From Desulfatiglandales bacterium (GTDB taxonomy: Bacteria > Desulfobacterota > DSM-4660 > Desulfatiglandales > Desulfatiglandaceae), in contig OY759599.1 in the NCBI GenBank assembly GCA_963662465.1, forward strand, positions 6,752,001-6,816,000: 64,000 bases of DNA, read 5' to 3'. The position numbers and the translations under genes are program-made. Positions within the stretch are counted from its first letter, which is position 1; each line of letters begins with the position of its first letter. The notes beneath the pieces were generated by a model. That model searched no databases, had not been told where the DNA came from, and was given only the letters and a program-made list of their open reading frames with translations. This document shows, in pieces, positions 38,301 to 48,121 of this stretch.

Positions 38301-38753
38301 TTATCTCTTTTTCAATGTGCTAAAGATATCAAAACCTTCTGACGGTGATTCTGTGATTATCTCTAACGTTTTTCCACTATTAGCAATTTCACCTAAGCTA
38401 TTGACCCATCCATGTATAGTATTAAACTTAATTTCCTTAATGTCATTGCCTTTCAACTGACCCTTGATTTTTTGGGATTCGGTCATCGGGAAATTACCGC
38501 TCTCCAAATTTCCCACAAATTGGTTTCCTTCTTGTTTAATATTGACAACGCCGTTTAGCGTAGACACCGTCCCTACTTGAGTAGTGATATCCCATTTTCC
38601 ATTCAAATCGTAAACAACTTCTCCATTGGAGAGTGTCAAAGTGTTTTGCATTCCGGATTTTAATGCACGTGTTTGCGCGCCATTCCTCATGGCTGAATTG
38701 CAGGCTGCAGTACATAAGAGAACAAAAATGCAGATCATAAACAATTGTCTCAT
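38301..38753 (-). CDS. Putative lipoprotein (paralog of 9758-10243)
   Basis: Signal peptide ending AAC-NSAMR. Confidence 0.72.
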   Translation of the reverse strand: MRQLFMICIFVLLCTAACNSAMRNGAQTRALKSGMQNTLTLSNGEVVYDLNGKWDITTQVGTVSTLNGVVNIKQEGNQFVGNLESGNFPMTESQKIKGQLKGNDIKEIKFNTIHGWVNSLGEIANSGKTLEIITESPSEGFDIFSTLKKR

Positions 38754-38909
38754 CTAAATATTTACCTCCGTTAGAGTTTGTTTTGATTTTGTCAAAATAC
38801 TCCTGATTAAACCTTTCACTTATCTGCTGATTTCTAACGCTTTAGTCCCTCGTCTTCTAGGCGCATTTTTTTTATTCCTCACCTCCTTCCTTAATGTCAT
38901 CGAGGACCA

Positions 38910-39040
38910 CCACAACGTTTTAGTTAACAGGCGAACGGGTACGAAAAGACATACGACCAATCCACCCGGAACTGTGATAAGGAAAAATCAATTTCAAATT
39001 ACTCCGATGACCAGTTTGCCTGTTGAACGGCTGGTTGGAC
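38910..39040 (-). repeat. attC site of the IS91-like cassette (copy 1)
   Basis: Homologous to 35919-36047; R'' GTCCAAC, R' GTTGTGG. Confidence 0.88.
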
Positions 39041-39273
39041 AGAGCCGCGGGTCACCAGCACATATTTTATTGGAACCAGGCGCTCGGCTATGGAGATTAA
39101 GCGGCCTCCGCAGGTATCACAGGACGTTTTTTAACTCGTCATGGCCGGTTATGAATGATAAAATTCCTTTTTTTTGTTGCATAATCTTTCAAAATATACT
39201 GAAATATCAAGCTATTTACCTTTTTACCAAACACCTCGCCATCATACATCTTTAGGATATGCTCTTGTTTGAT

Positions 39274-40449
39274 TTATGCTGCCTGAGCATATATCGTACC
39301 CGGGTCCTTATTGAATCTCGGAAGCATTTTTGACTTTTTTACCGGTACAAGTATTTCCAGCGTGATGAGACGTTTCCCGCAAACAGGGCAACGGTCCGGC
39401 TGCTCGTCGCTTCCCTTTTGCCACAGGGTCTGCCAATCCAGGAATTTCTGGTTTTCAAGGGGCGGTTGACCCAGTATTTCCCGGCAGAGGGCAAGTTCTT
39501 CTCCCAGGCTATGATGATAGAGCCCGTATGACCGCACCATTACGGAATTCGGCAAGGGAACGTGTTGCAGGTAGCGGCCAATAAAGGTCTGAATGGGCAA
39601 GGAGATGAGGTTTACCTGCTCACGACCGTAGTTGAAGGTCACGTTCCCGTTTTCAACGCGGTAGATGCGCTTGTTTGAAATCGGTCCGCCTCTCAGATAC
39701 CGAGCCAGGTAAATTAAGACCCCTTCTCCGTATGAATAGGTCTCCTTGAGTTTAACGTTCCATTTCTTGCGGCGGCCCAGCTTATTGAACAGGTTCCGTG
39801 CCTGTTGGGGCCGCATGCCCTCGGGCAGAACCAGTTCTCCCCGGGAAAGGGCCATCCTCAAATAGTGGAGATATTTGCCTCGAAACACCGCCCGGACGAT
39901 ACCAAAGGGCAAAAGAAACGTTTTTGATGAAGTAATCCACTCACCGGCGGCCAACCCACCGGCCGTTACCAGGCAATGCAGATGCGGGTGAAAGTCCAGT
40001 TTTCGGCTCCAGGTATGCAATGAGGCGATGATGCCGACTTTCGCGCCCAAATGCTTTGGGTCTCCAAGAAGTTCGGAAAGGGTTTCTGTGGCGCTTTTGA
40101 ATAGCAGATTGCTCATTACTTTGCGGTTCAACCGCCATAAGTCATGCAATTCATCGGAGATAGTGAAAATAACGTGGAAATGTTCCGTGTTTAAAATACG
40201 GGCCTTTTGTTTCGCAAGCCACCGTTCAACCTGGGTAAAAGCGCACAGTGGGCACATGCGATGTTTGCACGAGTTGTACCAGTGCCTCTTTAAATGGCCG
40301 TCCGGGCAGGCCTGCACGTGGCCCCCAAGAACGGAAGTGCGACAAACCATGAGACTGTGAGCAGCATTACGTATATGTTCAGGAAGACAATGTGTCTGAT
40401 CATAGAGGGCATAGCCGAGAAGAAAGATGCTCTGAATCGTCGCTTCCAC
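39274..40449 (-). CDS. IS91-family (Y2/HUH) transposase, first cassette of the array
   Basis: Same motifs and length (391 aa) as 36308-37483. Confidence 0.9.
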   Translation of the reverse strand: MEATIQSIFLLGYALYDQTHCLPEHIRNAAHSLMVCRTSVLGGHVQACPDGHLKRHWYNSCKHRMCPLCAFTQVERWLAKQKARILNTEHFHVIFTISDELHDLWRLNRKVMSNLLFKSATETLSELLGDPKHLGAKVGIIASLHTWSRKLDFHPHLHCLVTAGGLAAGEWITSSKTFLLPFGIVRAVFRGKYLHYLRMALSRGELVLPEGMRPQQARNLFNKLGRRKKWNVKLKETYSYGEGVLIYLARYLRGGPISNKRIYRVENGNVTFNYGREQVNLISLPIQTFIGRYLQHVPLPNSVMVRSYGLYHHSLGEELALCREILGQPPLENQKFLDWQTLWQKGSDEQPDRCPVCGKRLITLEILVPVKKSKMLPRFNKDPGTIYAQAA

Positions 40450-40510
40450 TGATATTTCCCTTTATTACTAGTAATTTACGACGTTAGTTCCCCCGCTGTC
40501 CAGCGGGTCT

Positions 40511-40650
40511 GTCCAACCATTGATTATCAGGTCATTTTGCCCTGATAATAGGCCAATCCCTTTATTATCAAGGCATTTCCGCTTTGATATTGAATTATCA
40601 GGCAATTTTGCCTTGATATTGATGTTAAATCCTGTTATCAAGGCAAAACT
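40511..40650 (-). other. attI region (crossover G^TTGGAC at 40517/40516)
   Basis: Identity with the start of the second IS91-like cassette stops exactly at GTT; no attC palindrome; adjacent to the intI start. Confidence 0.8.
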
Positions 40651-40730
40651 TATTGGGGTCATATGGATCATAGGTTTACAATCCTTCCCTATTTTACAAT
40701 AACCGCTACAGTATAAAGAGATGAAATTCA

Positions 40731-41711
40731 ATGTCAACAAAAAACCAGAAACTAATGGATGATGTTCATTCGGTTATGCGGCTCGGGCATTATTCGATTC
40801 ACACGGAAAGATCCTATTGCGATTGGATTAAGCGTTTTATACTTTTCCATGGTATGAAATCTCGTAATGATCTTCAGGGCGCCGAAAGTAAGATCGAGCA
40901 ATTTTTGACCCATCTCGCTGTCAAAGGCAATGTTTCTCCTTCAACTCAGAATCAAGCCATGAACGCCCTTGTATTTTTGTATAAGAAGGTTCTCAAAGAG
41001 TCTCTTGATGGCAGGATTGATGCCGTTCGTGCGAAAAGAAAGCAAAACATTCCCGTGGTTCTCACCAAGGATGAGGTGGTTTCCGTGATCGCGCTCATGC
41101 AAGGAACACCGCAAGTCTTTGTGAAACTGCTTTATGGCAGCGGACTGAGGATGATGGAAGGCATACGGCTGCGCGTTCAAGATATTGAATATGACTTAAA
41201 GGAAATTACCGTGCGTTCGGGGAAAGGGAACAAGGACCGGATTACTACGTTTTCCGTTTCCCTGGCGCCCCTGTTGAAAAGCCATCTTATAAGGGTCAAG
41301 GCGATTCATGAGAAGGATCTTGCTGAGGGAAACGGCGCCGTTTATTTGCCCTACGCTCTGGAACGTAAATATCCCAATGCCGCCAGGGAATGGCAATGGC
41401 AATACGTTTTTCCGTCCGGCAATTTGTCGCGTGATCCCAGAAGCGGTCGGATCAGGCGCCATCATATTGATCCTTCCGTCATCAATAAGGCCATAAAGGT
41501 GGCAGCCAAAAAGGCGGATATTCATAAACGCGTATCCTCACACACATTCCGCCACAGTTTTGCAACTCACCTCTTGCAGCGCGGAACAGACATCCGTACG
41601 ATTCAGGCGCTTTTGGGTCATTCTGACGTTTCCACTACCATGATTTATACTCACGTCCTTCGGCAGGGAGGTCATGGTGTTGTAAGCCCCCTTGATGATC
41701 TTGATCTATGA
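40731..41711 (+). CDS. intI: Integron integrase
   Basis: [28 protein letters not shown], IntI-specific [17 protein letters not shown] insertion, [15 protein letters not shown]...TMIYTH. Confidence 0.97.
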   Translation: MSTKNQKLMDDVHSVMRLGHYSIHTERSYCDWIKRFILFHGMKSRNDLQGAESKIEQFLTHLAVKGNVSPSTQNQAMNALVFLYKKVLKESLDGRIDAVRAKRKQNIPVVLTKDEVVSVIALMQGTPQVFVKLLYGSGLRMMEGIRLRVQDIEYDLKEITVRSGKGNKDRITTFSVSLAPLLKSHLIRVKAIHEKDLAEGNGAVYLPYALERKYPNAAREWQWQYVFPSGNLSRDPRSGRIRRHHIDPSVINKAIKVAAKKADIHKRVSSHTFRHSFATHLLQRGTDIRTIQALLGHSDVSTTMIYTHVLRQGGHGVVSPLDDLDL

Positions 41712-43526
41712 CCGCAGCATTCGGATTTCTTTCACCGACTCAAGGACCTCCCACCGTTTGTAGGCTTTTTCAAGCTCAATTTCAAGGGATTCAAGTTTCT
41801 CCTTTGATCCGGCGATTTCGGCGCTGTCTCTTTTGTAAAACGCAGGATCAGACAGGTGTTTGAAGATCTCCGTATGTTCCTGTTCCAGGGATTCAATGAG
41901 GGAAGGAATGCTTTCAAGCTCCAGGTTTTCCCGGTAGGTGAGTTTTTTTGGGGTTTCCGACTTTGGTTTGGGTTTTTTTTCGCCATTTTTTCTGGATCTG
42001 GATGGGGTCTGGATACTATCCTTTTTTCCCTGTTTCAGCCAATCGTCGTATCCGCCGATGTATTCCGTGACCCTGCCGTTTCCTTCAAAAACAAGGATGC
42101 TCGTGACCACGTTATTCAAGAATGCACGGTCATGACTGACCAGCAGTACGTTCCCTTGATAATTTAACAGCAGTTCTTCCAGCAACTCAAGGGTCTCGGC
42201 GTCCAGATCGTTGGTGGGTTCGTCCAGTACCAGAAGATTGGACGGTTTCATGAAGAGACGGGCCAGCAGAAGCCGGTTCTTTTCTCCCCCTGAAAGGGTT
42301 TTAACCGGACTTCGCATTTGGTCGGGCGTGAACAGAAATTCCTTGAGATAGCCCACGGCGTGTCGGCTTTTACCGTCGATGATGAGGAAGTCTCCTCCCC
42401 CCGTGACGTTTTCAATCACGGATTTTTCCGGATCAAGTTGTTCTCTTGTCTGGTCGAAATAGGCGCAGTTAACCCTGGCGCCCAGCCTGATATGGCCTTC
42501 AGAGGGCGCCAGCGTCTTCAGGAGAACGTGAATGAGGGTCGTCTTCCCACAGCCGTTTGGCCCCATCACGCCGACCTTATCGCCTCGCAGGATGGTGGTG
42601 GAAAACCCTTTAAGAATGGGGTGGTCATCATATTGGTAGGATACATTTTTCGCTTCCAGGACGAGTTTTCCGGGTCTGTCGGCTTCCTGTGCCGTCATTC
42701 GCACCCGTCCGGTTTGTTCGCGGCGTTTCCGTTTCTCCTCGCGCATCTTAATCAGCGCATTCACTCTTCCCTCGTCACGGGTTCGGCGAGCCTTAATCCC
42801 CTTTCGGATCCAGATCTCCTCTTTGGAAATTTTCTTGTCAAACTGACGGTCGTGTTCTTCCTCAGACTCGATAAGGGCTCTTTTTCTCTCAAGATAGGTC
42901 TTGAAATCACATGCCCAGGACGTGAGGCGCCCCCGGTCAATTTCAATGATCCGGGTGGCCAGTTTTTCCAGGAATACGCGGTCGTGACTGACAAAAAGGA
43001 GGGCCTTTCGATACTGAAGCAAAAAATTTTCCATTAATTCAATGGAAGGGATGTCCATGTGATTGGTGGGTTCATCCAGCAATAGCAGGTCAGGGCCTTC
43101 CGCAATGGTCTTTGCCAGAAGGACCCTGCGCTTCATGCCGGCTGAAAGCGTGCCGAATTCAGCGTCCGGCGTGAGGTTAAGCTGGGTGATGACTTTTTCG
43201 ACCTGGGCTTGAATTTCCCAGACGCTCTGTGACTCTTCCGTGAGAACGTTTTTTAGACCGGAAGAAACAACATCAATAATTTTCCCTTCGGTATGCGGCG
43301 GCACTTCCTGGGAAAGGGTTCCCATCAGCAGGCCGGGCTTCCGAAATATGTCTCCCGCGTCAGGCTTGATTTCATTGTTGATCAGGTTTATCAGCGTGCT
43401 TTTTCCCGCGCCATTTCGACCTACCAGACAGATGCGCTCACCCTGTTCGATTTGAAGATTGACGTTGTCAAGGACCAAAGGCCCGCCAAACGCCACACTG
43501 ATGTTTTGAAGGCTTAGTATTGCCAT
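41706..43526 (-). CDS. uup: ABC-F family ATPase (Uup-like)
   Basis: Two ABC domains, [12 protein letters not shown] linker, C-terminal coiled coil. Confidence 0.9.
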   Translation of the reverse strand: MAILSLQNISVAFGGPLVLDNVNLQIEQGERICLVGRNGAGKSTLINLINNEIKPDAGDIFRKPGLLMGTLSQEVPPHTEGKIIDVVSSGLKNVLTEESQSVWEIQAQVEKVITQLNLTPDAEFGTLSAGMKRRVLLAKTIAEGPDLLLLDEPTNHMDIPSIELMENFLLQYRKALLFVSHDRVFLEKLATRIIEIDRGRLTSWACDFKTYLERKRALIESEEEHDRQFDKKISKEEIWIRKGIKARRTRDEGRVNALIKMREEKRKRREQTGRVRMTAQEADRPGKLVLEAKNVSYQYDDHPILKGFSTTILRGDKVGVMGPNGCGKTTLIHVLLKTLAPSEGHIRLGARVNCAYFDQTREQLDPEKSVIENVTGGGDFLIIDGKSRHAVGYLKEFLFTPDQMRSPVKTLSGGEKNRLLLARLFMKPSNLLVLDEPTNDLDAETLELLEELLLNYQGNVLLVSHDRAFLNNVVTSILVFEGNGRVTEYIGGYDDWLKQGKKDSIQTPSRSRKNGEKKPKPKSETPKKLTYRENLELESIPSLIESLEQEHTEIFKHLSDPAFYKRDSAEIAGSKEKLESLEIELEKAYKRWEVLESVKEIRMLRS

Positions 43527-43590
43527 ACGATCATATCCAACCGAATTTGTTGTATTTGAATTCTTTTCATTCTATTTCACCGGCTAAATG

Positions 43591-44181
43591 TTAATTCTCC
43601 GGCATTCCAAAAATATAGCCCAAATCAATTTGAACTTCTTCGAATGGCGGGATCCTTACAGGCTTAAAATCATTGGGTTCCTTACATTCAACGGAAAATG
43701 CCACATGATACTTATCATTTGAAAGACTATAAGCAATTAACGTTTTATCTTCTGGGGAAATGACCCAATAATGCGGCGTCTTATGTCGCTGCAATAACAA
43801 AAAATGATGAAACAAATCTTTCCTTTCATGTCCTGGTGAAATAATTTCGCAGACCCAGTCCGGCGCCACTTCCATGATGCCTGTAGGCCGATTCGGCACA
43901 CGCTCTTTTCGCCAGCCCGCCAAATCATGACTGGGACATTGATGTTCATTATATCGAACACTGATCTCAGTCATTATCCACCAGCCTCCTGAGCCGCTTT
44001 TACGTTTGAAGCTTAAAACCTCATCTGATAAACTCGACTGAATCAATGCATGCTCGGAACGTGCCATGGCGCGCTTGACAATCTCGCCATCAATTAATTC
44101 AACACGCTCGTTTTCCGACAACATCAGATCATCAACGGTTTTTAATTTTTTTGCTTCCAAAGTGTTGACTCCGGTTCTCAC
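43591..44181 (-). CDS. Uma2 family endonuclease
   Basis: ELIDGEI, APDWVCEIISP, HYWVISP. Confidence 0.85.
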   Translation of the reverse strand: MRTGVNTLEAKKLKTVDDLMLSENERVELIDGEIVKRAMARSEHALIQSSLSDEVLSFKRKSGSGGWWIMTEISVRYNEHQCPSHDLAGWRKERVPNRPTGIMEVAPDWVCEIISPGHERKDLFHHFLLLQRHKTPHYWVISPEDKTLIAYSLSNDKYHVAFSVECKEPNDFKPVRIPPFEEVQIDLGYIFGMPEN

Positions 44182-44230
44182 GGCCCGCGAATGTTTATTT
44201 AACTAATTGTAATCTTTAGCAATGCCTATC

Positions 44231-45520
44231 TTATTTCCAGGTCTCTTTCATGAAAAAGGTGCAAACGAGCGCCAAAAGTGATGAGATAAGCAGAATCAGA
44301 AGCAGGGCCGAATAGCCCTCAAGGGCGTATCCGGCATTTTCCGTTTTGGGATATGAATCCAGAACTTTACCCAGGAGGGGCATAAAGACGGCCCCTCCCA
44401 GAAATGGGAACAGGTTGACCATGCCCACCGAAGTGCCGGCGATTTCCACGGGAAACAATTCCTTGGTGGTGGTGAAACCGATCACCACGATGGCGGAGGC
44501 GCAAATGGCAAATATAAAGAAAAATGCGTATAATGCGGGTCTGGGAAGGCTTGCAGGGACCAGATATAGGCATAAAAGCAGGCTTGCAAGGATGGTGGTG
44601 CAGATCATAAATGGTTTTTTACGACTTTTGAGTACTTTATCCGACAAAAAACCCAAAAGGGGACTCCCGACAATCATGCCATAGGCGATCATGCTCAAGA
44701 TGGCGCCCGTTTCCGCCTGGCTCATGCCATAAACATGCATGAGATAGGGGCCGCCCCAGAGAGCGCCAAATCCAAAAAAAACGCCGCAGTCGAAAAAAAA
44801 CCAAATGGCCACCGGCCAGAAATATTTATGGGAAAGTACTCGCTTGGCGCCCTCAAGAAGCCCGATCTCAACGGGTTTTACATCCGATTGGGTTTCCATA
44901 TTTTCGATGGTGAGAATGGAGGGCCAGCCGCGATCCTCGGGACGATCTCTCACAACGAACCAAACGATTAACACCAGAAAGAGGGTGCAGCCGCCGATAA
45001 TGACAAAAGAGCTGCGCCATCCCATGCCTGCACTCATGAAGGCCAGAAGCCATGTGGCGGCCAGCGCGCCCACGCCGCCAACGGCGTTCAGGATGCCGGC
45101 CATGGAAGCGAATTCATTCGCGCGAAACCACTGACTCAGGATCTTCATGGTGGGGATGAACACCATGGAAACACCAAATCCCACCAGTATCCGACCGACA
45201 AAAGCGGTGTGGATATCCGGCGCCAGGCCAAAAACCACGCTTCCCGCGGAAGCCACCAGAAGGAAAACGGTAACCGTTTTTCGGGGGCCGATGGAGTCGG
45301 AGAGAAGGCCCGCCGGGAGCTGCATGGCGGCGTAGCAGTAAAAATAGATAGACCCCAAAAGACCCATGGCGCCGGCGGACATGTTGAAATCTTTTACAAT
45401 ATCGTCGGCCACCACGGAAAGGGAAAGGCGGTGAAAATAGACAAAAAAATATGCCAGGGCCAGAACCCAGAATATCAGCCACCGAAACCTTAACATTTTT
45501 TCAACCGAGTCCCTGACCAT
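44231..45520 (-). CDS. MFS transporter
   Basis: About 12 TM helices; GLLSDSIGPRK motif A. Confidence 0.9.
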   Translation of the reverse strand: MVRDSVEKMLRFRWLIFWVLALAYFFVYFHRLSLSVVADDIVKDFNMSAGAMGLLGSIYFYCYAAMQLPAGLLSDSIGPRKTVTVFLLVASAGSVVFGLAPDIHTAFVGRILVGFGVSMVFIPTMKILSQWFRANEFASMAGILNAVGGVGALAATWLLAFMSAGMGWRSSFVIIGGCTLFLVLIVWFVVRDRPEDRGWPSILTIENMETQSDVKPVEIGLLEGAKRVLSHKYFWPVAIWFFFDCGVFFGFGALWGGPYLMHVYGMSQAETGAILSMIAYGMIVGSPLLGFLSDKVLKSRKKPFMICTTILASLLLCLYLVPASLPRPALYAFFFIFAICASAIVVIGFTTTKELFPVEIAGTSVGMVNLFPFLGGAVFMPLLGKVLDSYPKTENAGYALEGYSALLLILLISSLLALVCTFFMKETWK

Positions 45521-45610
45521 GTGTATTTTCCTCTTTCCAATAACGTGGAAATTTTTCCGTGAAAGGTTGGTTTAGCGTCATGTGAAACGGGTGTTTTATT
45601 TAGACGCCAT

Positions 45611-46660
45611 TTATGGATTGGGTGAGAAAAGCACGCCTTGCCGGTTGTCGTCGGGCATCCTTTTTTCGGCGGTTTCCTGCGTTGCGGGTACGGCGTCCTT
45701 GAAGAAGTACTTGCTGAACATTCGGTTGAAATCCGTCCATGAACCTTCCTGTCGGTCCCGCTCCATAAAGCGTTCCAGGCCATTGATTTTGGCGTCCAGA
45801 TCATCCAGCAGATGAAGTGCAAAGGCTTCCAGGAATTTGGGCTCCTTGGGTGAACCAAAATTGTATTGACCATGGTGACTGAGGATCAAATGTCTCAGTC
45901 GCATGGCCAGATCATTGGGGAAATTTTTTAAAGACCTTAATTTTTCGTCCAGCATTGCCACGCCCAGAACAAGATGCCCAATCAGCCTGCCTTCATCCGT
46001 ATAATCAATTTTCAGCCCCTGGGAAAACTCCCGGGTTTTGCCCACGTCGTGAAGAAAGGCGGCGGTGATTAAGAGATCTTTATTGATGGATGGATAGTGG
46101 TCGGCTACCTGTGATGCCAGCCGGCACACTGACAGCGTATGCTCCAGTAGTCCGCCGATATAACCATGGTGAAAGTTTTTGGCCGCAGGCGCTTTTTTAA
46201 AAAGATCCATGAAATCTCGGTCTTTCCAAAATCGATCAATCAATGCTTTGAGGTGAATATCCGCAACCTGATTTAGAATCATTCTCAGGGATCGCATCAT
46301 TTCCGGGATGTCAAAGGGCGAGGTTTCCACGAAAATGTCAGGGTCCGGCATTTCAGCCAAAGGGTGAAGTTCAGAGACCGTCAACTGAACTTGACCCTGA
46401 TAAGTCACCGCTCGTCCATTGATTTCGACGACATCCCCTTCACGAAAAAGCGCCGATAAGGCGTCGGCCCCGTCCCAGACTTTTGCCGGCATTTCGCCTG
46501 TTTTGTCCGTCAACGTCAGACTCAAAAAAGGGTTTCCGTTGCGTGTGGTGGACAACCTTTTCGATTTGACCAGATAGCAGCCGGAAACCCTTGTTTCAGC
46601 TTCGATCTTTTCCACCCAGAGATGCCGATCGGGACGGAAATTTGCTGATGGTTCAGTCAT
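45611..46660 (-). CDS. OB-fold/HD-domain 3'-5' exoribonuclease (YhaM/Cbf1 family)
   Basis: PAAKNFHHGYIGGLLEHT, LHDVGK, ILSHHG; start taken as MTEPS. Confidence 0.9.
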   Translation of the reverse strand: MTEPSANFRPDRHLWVEKIEAETRVSGCYLVKSKRLSTTRNGNPFLSLTLTDKTGEMPAKVWDGADALSALFREGDVVEINGRAVTYQGQVQLTVSELHPLAEMPDPDIFVETSPFDIPEMMRSLRMILNQVADIHLKALIDRFWKDRDFMDLFKKAPAAKNFHHGYIGGLLEHTLSVCRLASQVADHYPSINKDLLITAAFLHDVGKTREFSQGLKIDYTDEGRLIGHLVLGVAMLDEKLRSLKNFPNDLAMRLRHLILSHHGQYNFGSPKEPKFLEAFALHLLDDLDAKINGLERFMERDRQEGSWTDFNRMFSKYFFKDAVPATQETAEKRMPDDNRQGVLFSPNP

Positions 46661-47948
46661 CAAATTCTCCTGCGGGGCCCTTATCCGAATCCAGTGTTGC
46701 GCTCCGTTTTCGAATTTTGTCTTCGGTCCACTGGGTTGGGTCCTCAATGCGAGCGCCTTTTGGTCCCATGTCATAAGATCCGGCCGCCAAAATCGCTTCC
46801 AGGGCCAGAGGGGCGGTATCCTGAGCATTGAACACCCGGGTTAACAGATGATAAACGAAATCCTCCACCCCTTTGGCCATTCGTTTTCGTATTTCAATGG
46901 GTTGCGCCAGTAATTTATTTTCAAAGGGCAGATTGAGTTTTTTATAGTTGCCGCCTTTAATTTCCCGTTCCTTGGCATAACCGACCATTTCCCGCCACAT
47001 GGCATCCGACATGCCCGCATCCGGCATTTTGATAAATTCGCCATTTTCATCCAGCATGGCATTTCCGAAATCATTGACCTTCACGCCCCATGAAATCATC
47101 TGCAGTGCTGTTGCCACATTGGCTTTGGTGGTGTGGGTATTTTGGGCAATATCCCTTAAGCGGTCGGAACTGTTGCCGGAAGTTCCGTGCTGAGCGCCGG
47201 ATATGTTGTATCGGGCCAGTGCCTGGTGGATTTCCAAAGTCAACGGCACCTGTATCCCCTCATCGCTCTGTTCGATGCCATGGGTGGTGCCGTTGTTGAG
47301 GGCGATCCAGTCGGGAAAAATATCGTGTGCATTCAACCCTTGAATCAGAAACAGGGCTTCGGCCGGGGTTGAGAGGCCCAGTTTTCCTTTGATCTCACCA
47401 ATTTCCGTTTCATAACCGGCCCATTTGGGCAGATATGAATTCAGGGCGAGATTGGCCAGAAGGTTATCCTCATCCGGCATATGGGACGCATCAATGGCAA
47501 TGGAGGTCATGCCCGCTTCAAACATTGTGGGGATTTCGATTCTGGCTGATGCCACGTCCTTGTCGCTTTTGATGCCGTAATGATCCGCATGAATGGCGAC
47601 GGGAACGGTGATGCTCAGTTCGTTCATGACGGCATCCGCCTGCCGGGCGAGGTTCCAGTAATTGACGGGACAGTAGGCATTGCCTCCGCCCTCGGATTTG
47701 GCGATTTCCAGAATAATGGCGGCATTGGCCCGTTGGGCTGCGCTTAATGCGCCGCGAATGACAAAGTGGTTTCGCCCGTTTGCCGCAATGGTCATGGCCT
47801 TGCCCTTTTTCATCAAGGCGCGATCAATGACCTTGCCGCTGACAATTAATGCCCTGGAATTGGGAAACAGTTGGACAATGTTGGGGGGACGACCGATTTT
47901 AAGTGCGTTTTCAAATTCTTCGGATACAGCTCCTTTTTTGAAAGACAT
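46653..47948 (-). CDS. fba: Class II fructose-bisphosphate aldolase
   Basis: IHADH, IDASH, ETEIGEI, GTTHG, QHGTSG, KANVAT. Confidence 0.9.
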   Translation of the reverse strand: MSFKKGAVSEEFENALKIGRPPNIVQLFPNSRALIVSGKVIDRALMKKGKAMTIAANGRNHFVIRGALSAAQRANAAIILEIAKSEGGGNAYCPVNYWNLARQADAVMNELSITVPVAIHADHYGIKSDKDVASARIEIPTMFEAGMTSIAIDASHMPDEDNLLANLALNSYLPKWAGYETEIGEIKGKLGLSTPAEALFLIQGLNAHDIFPDWIALNNGTTHGIEQSDEGIQVPLTLEIHQALARYNISGAQHGTSGNSSDRLRDIAQNTHTTKANVATALQMISWGVKVNDFGNAMLDENGEFIKMPDAGMSDAMWREMVGYAKEREIKGGNYKKLNLPFENKLLAQPIEIRKRMAKGVEDFVYHLLTRVFNAQDTAPLALEAILAAGSYDMGPKGARIEDPTQWTEDKIRKRSATLDSDKGPAGEFDD

Positions 47949-48121
47949 GGGAAACCTCCTTTATATTTTCAGCCGAAAGACAGATAAACCTAAAAGTTGG
48001 CAAGCACTAACGTCCATATAAACATCAAAAGATGTTAATTCAGTAATATTCTACAATTTAAAAACCAAATCAACAAAATAACCTGCCGGAAGTCGAAAAA
48101 TCGATTTGGCTTATTCGCGAA

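Noticed and set aside
327..39040. Dispersed ~85-bp repeats read as CRISPR or REP elements
   Set aside because: They are separated by whole genes, have R''/R' cores and lie next to intI; they are attC sites.
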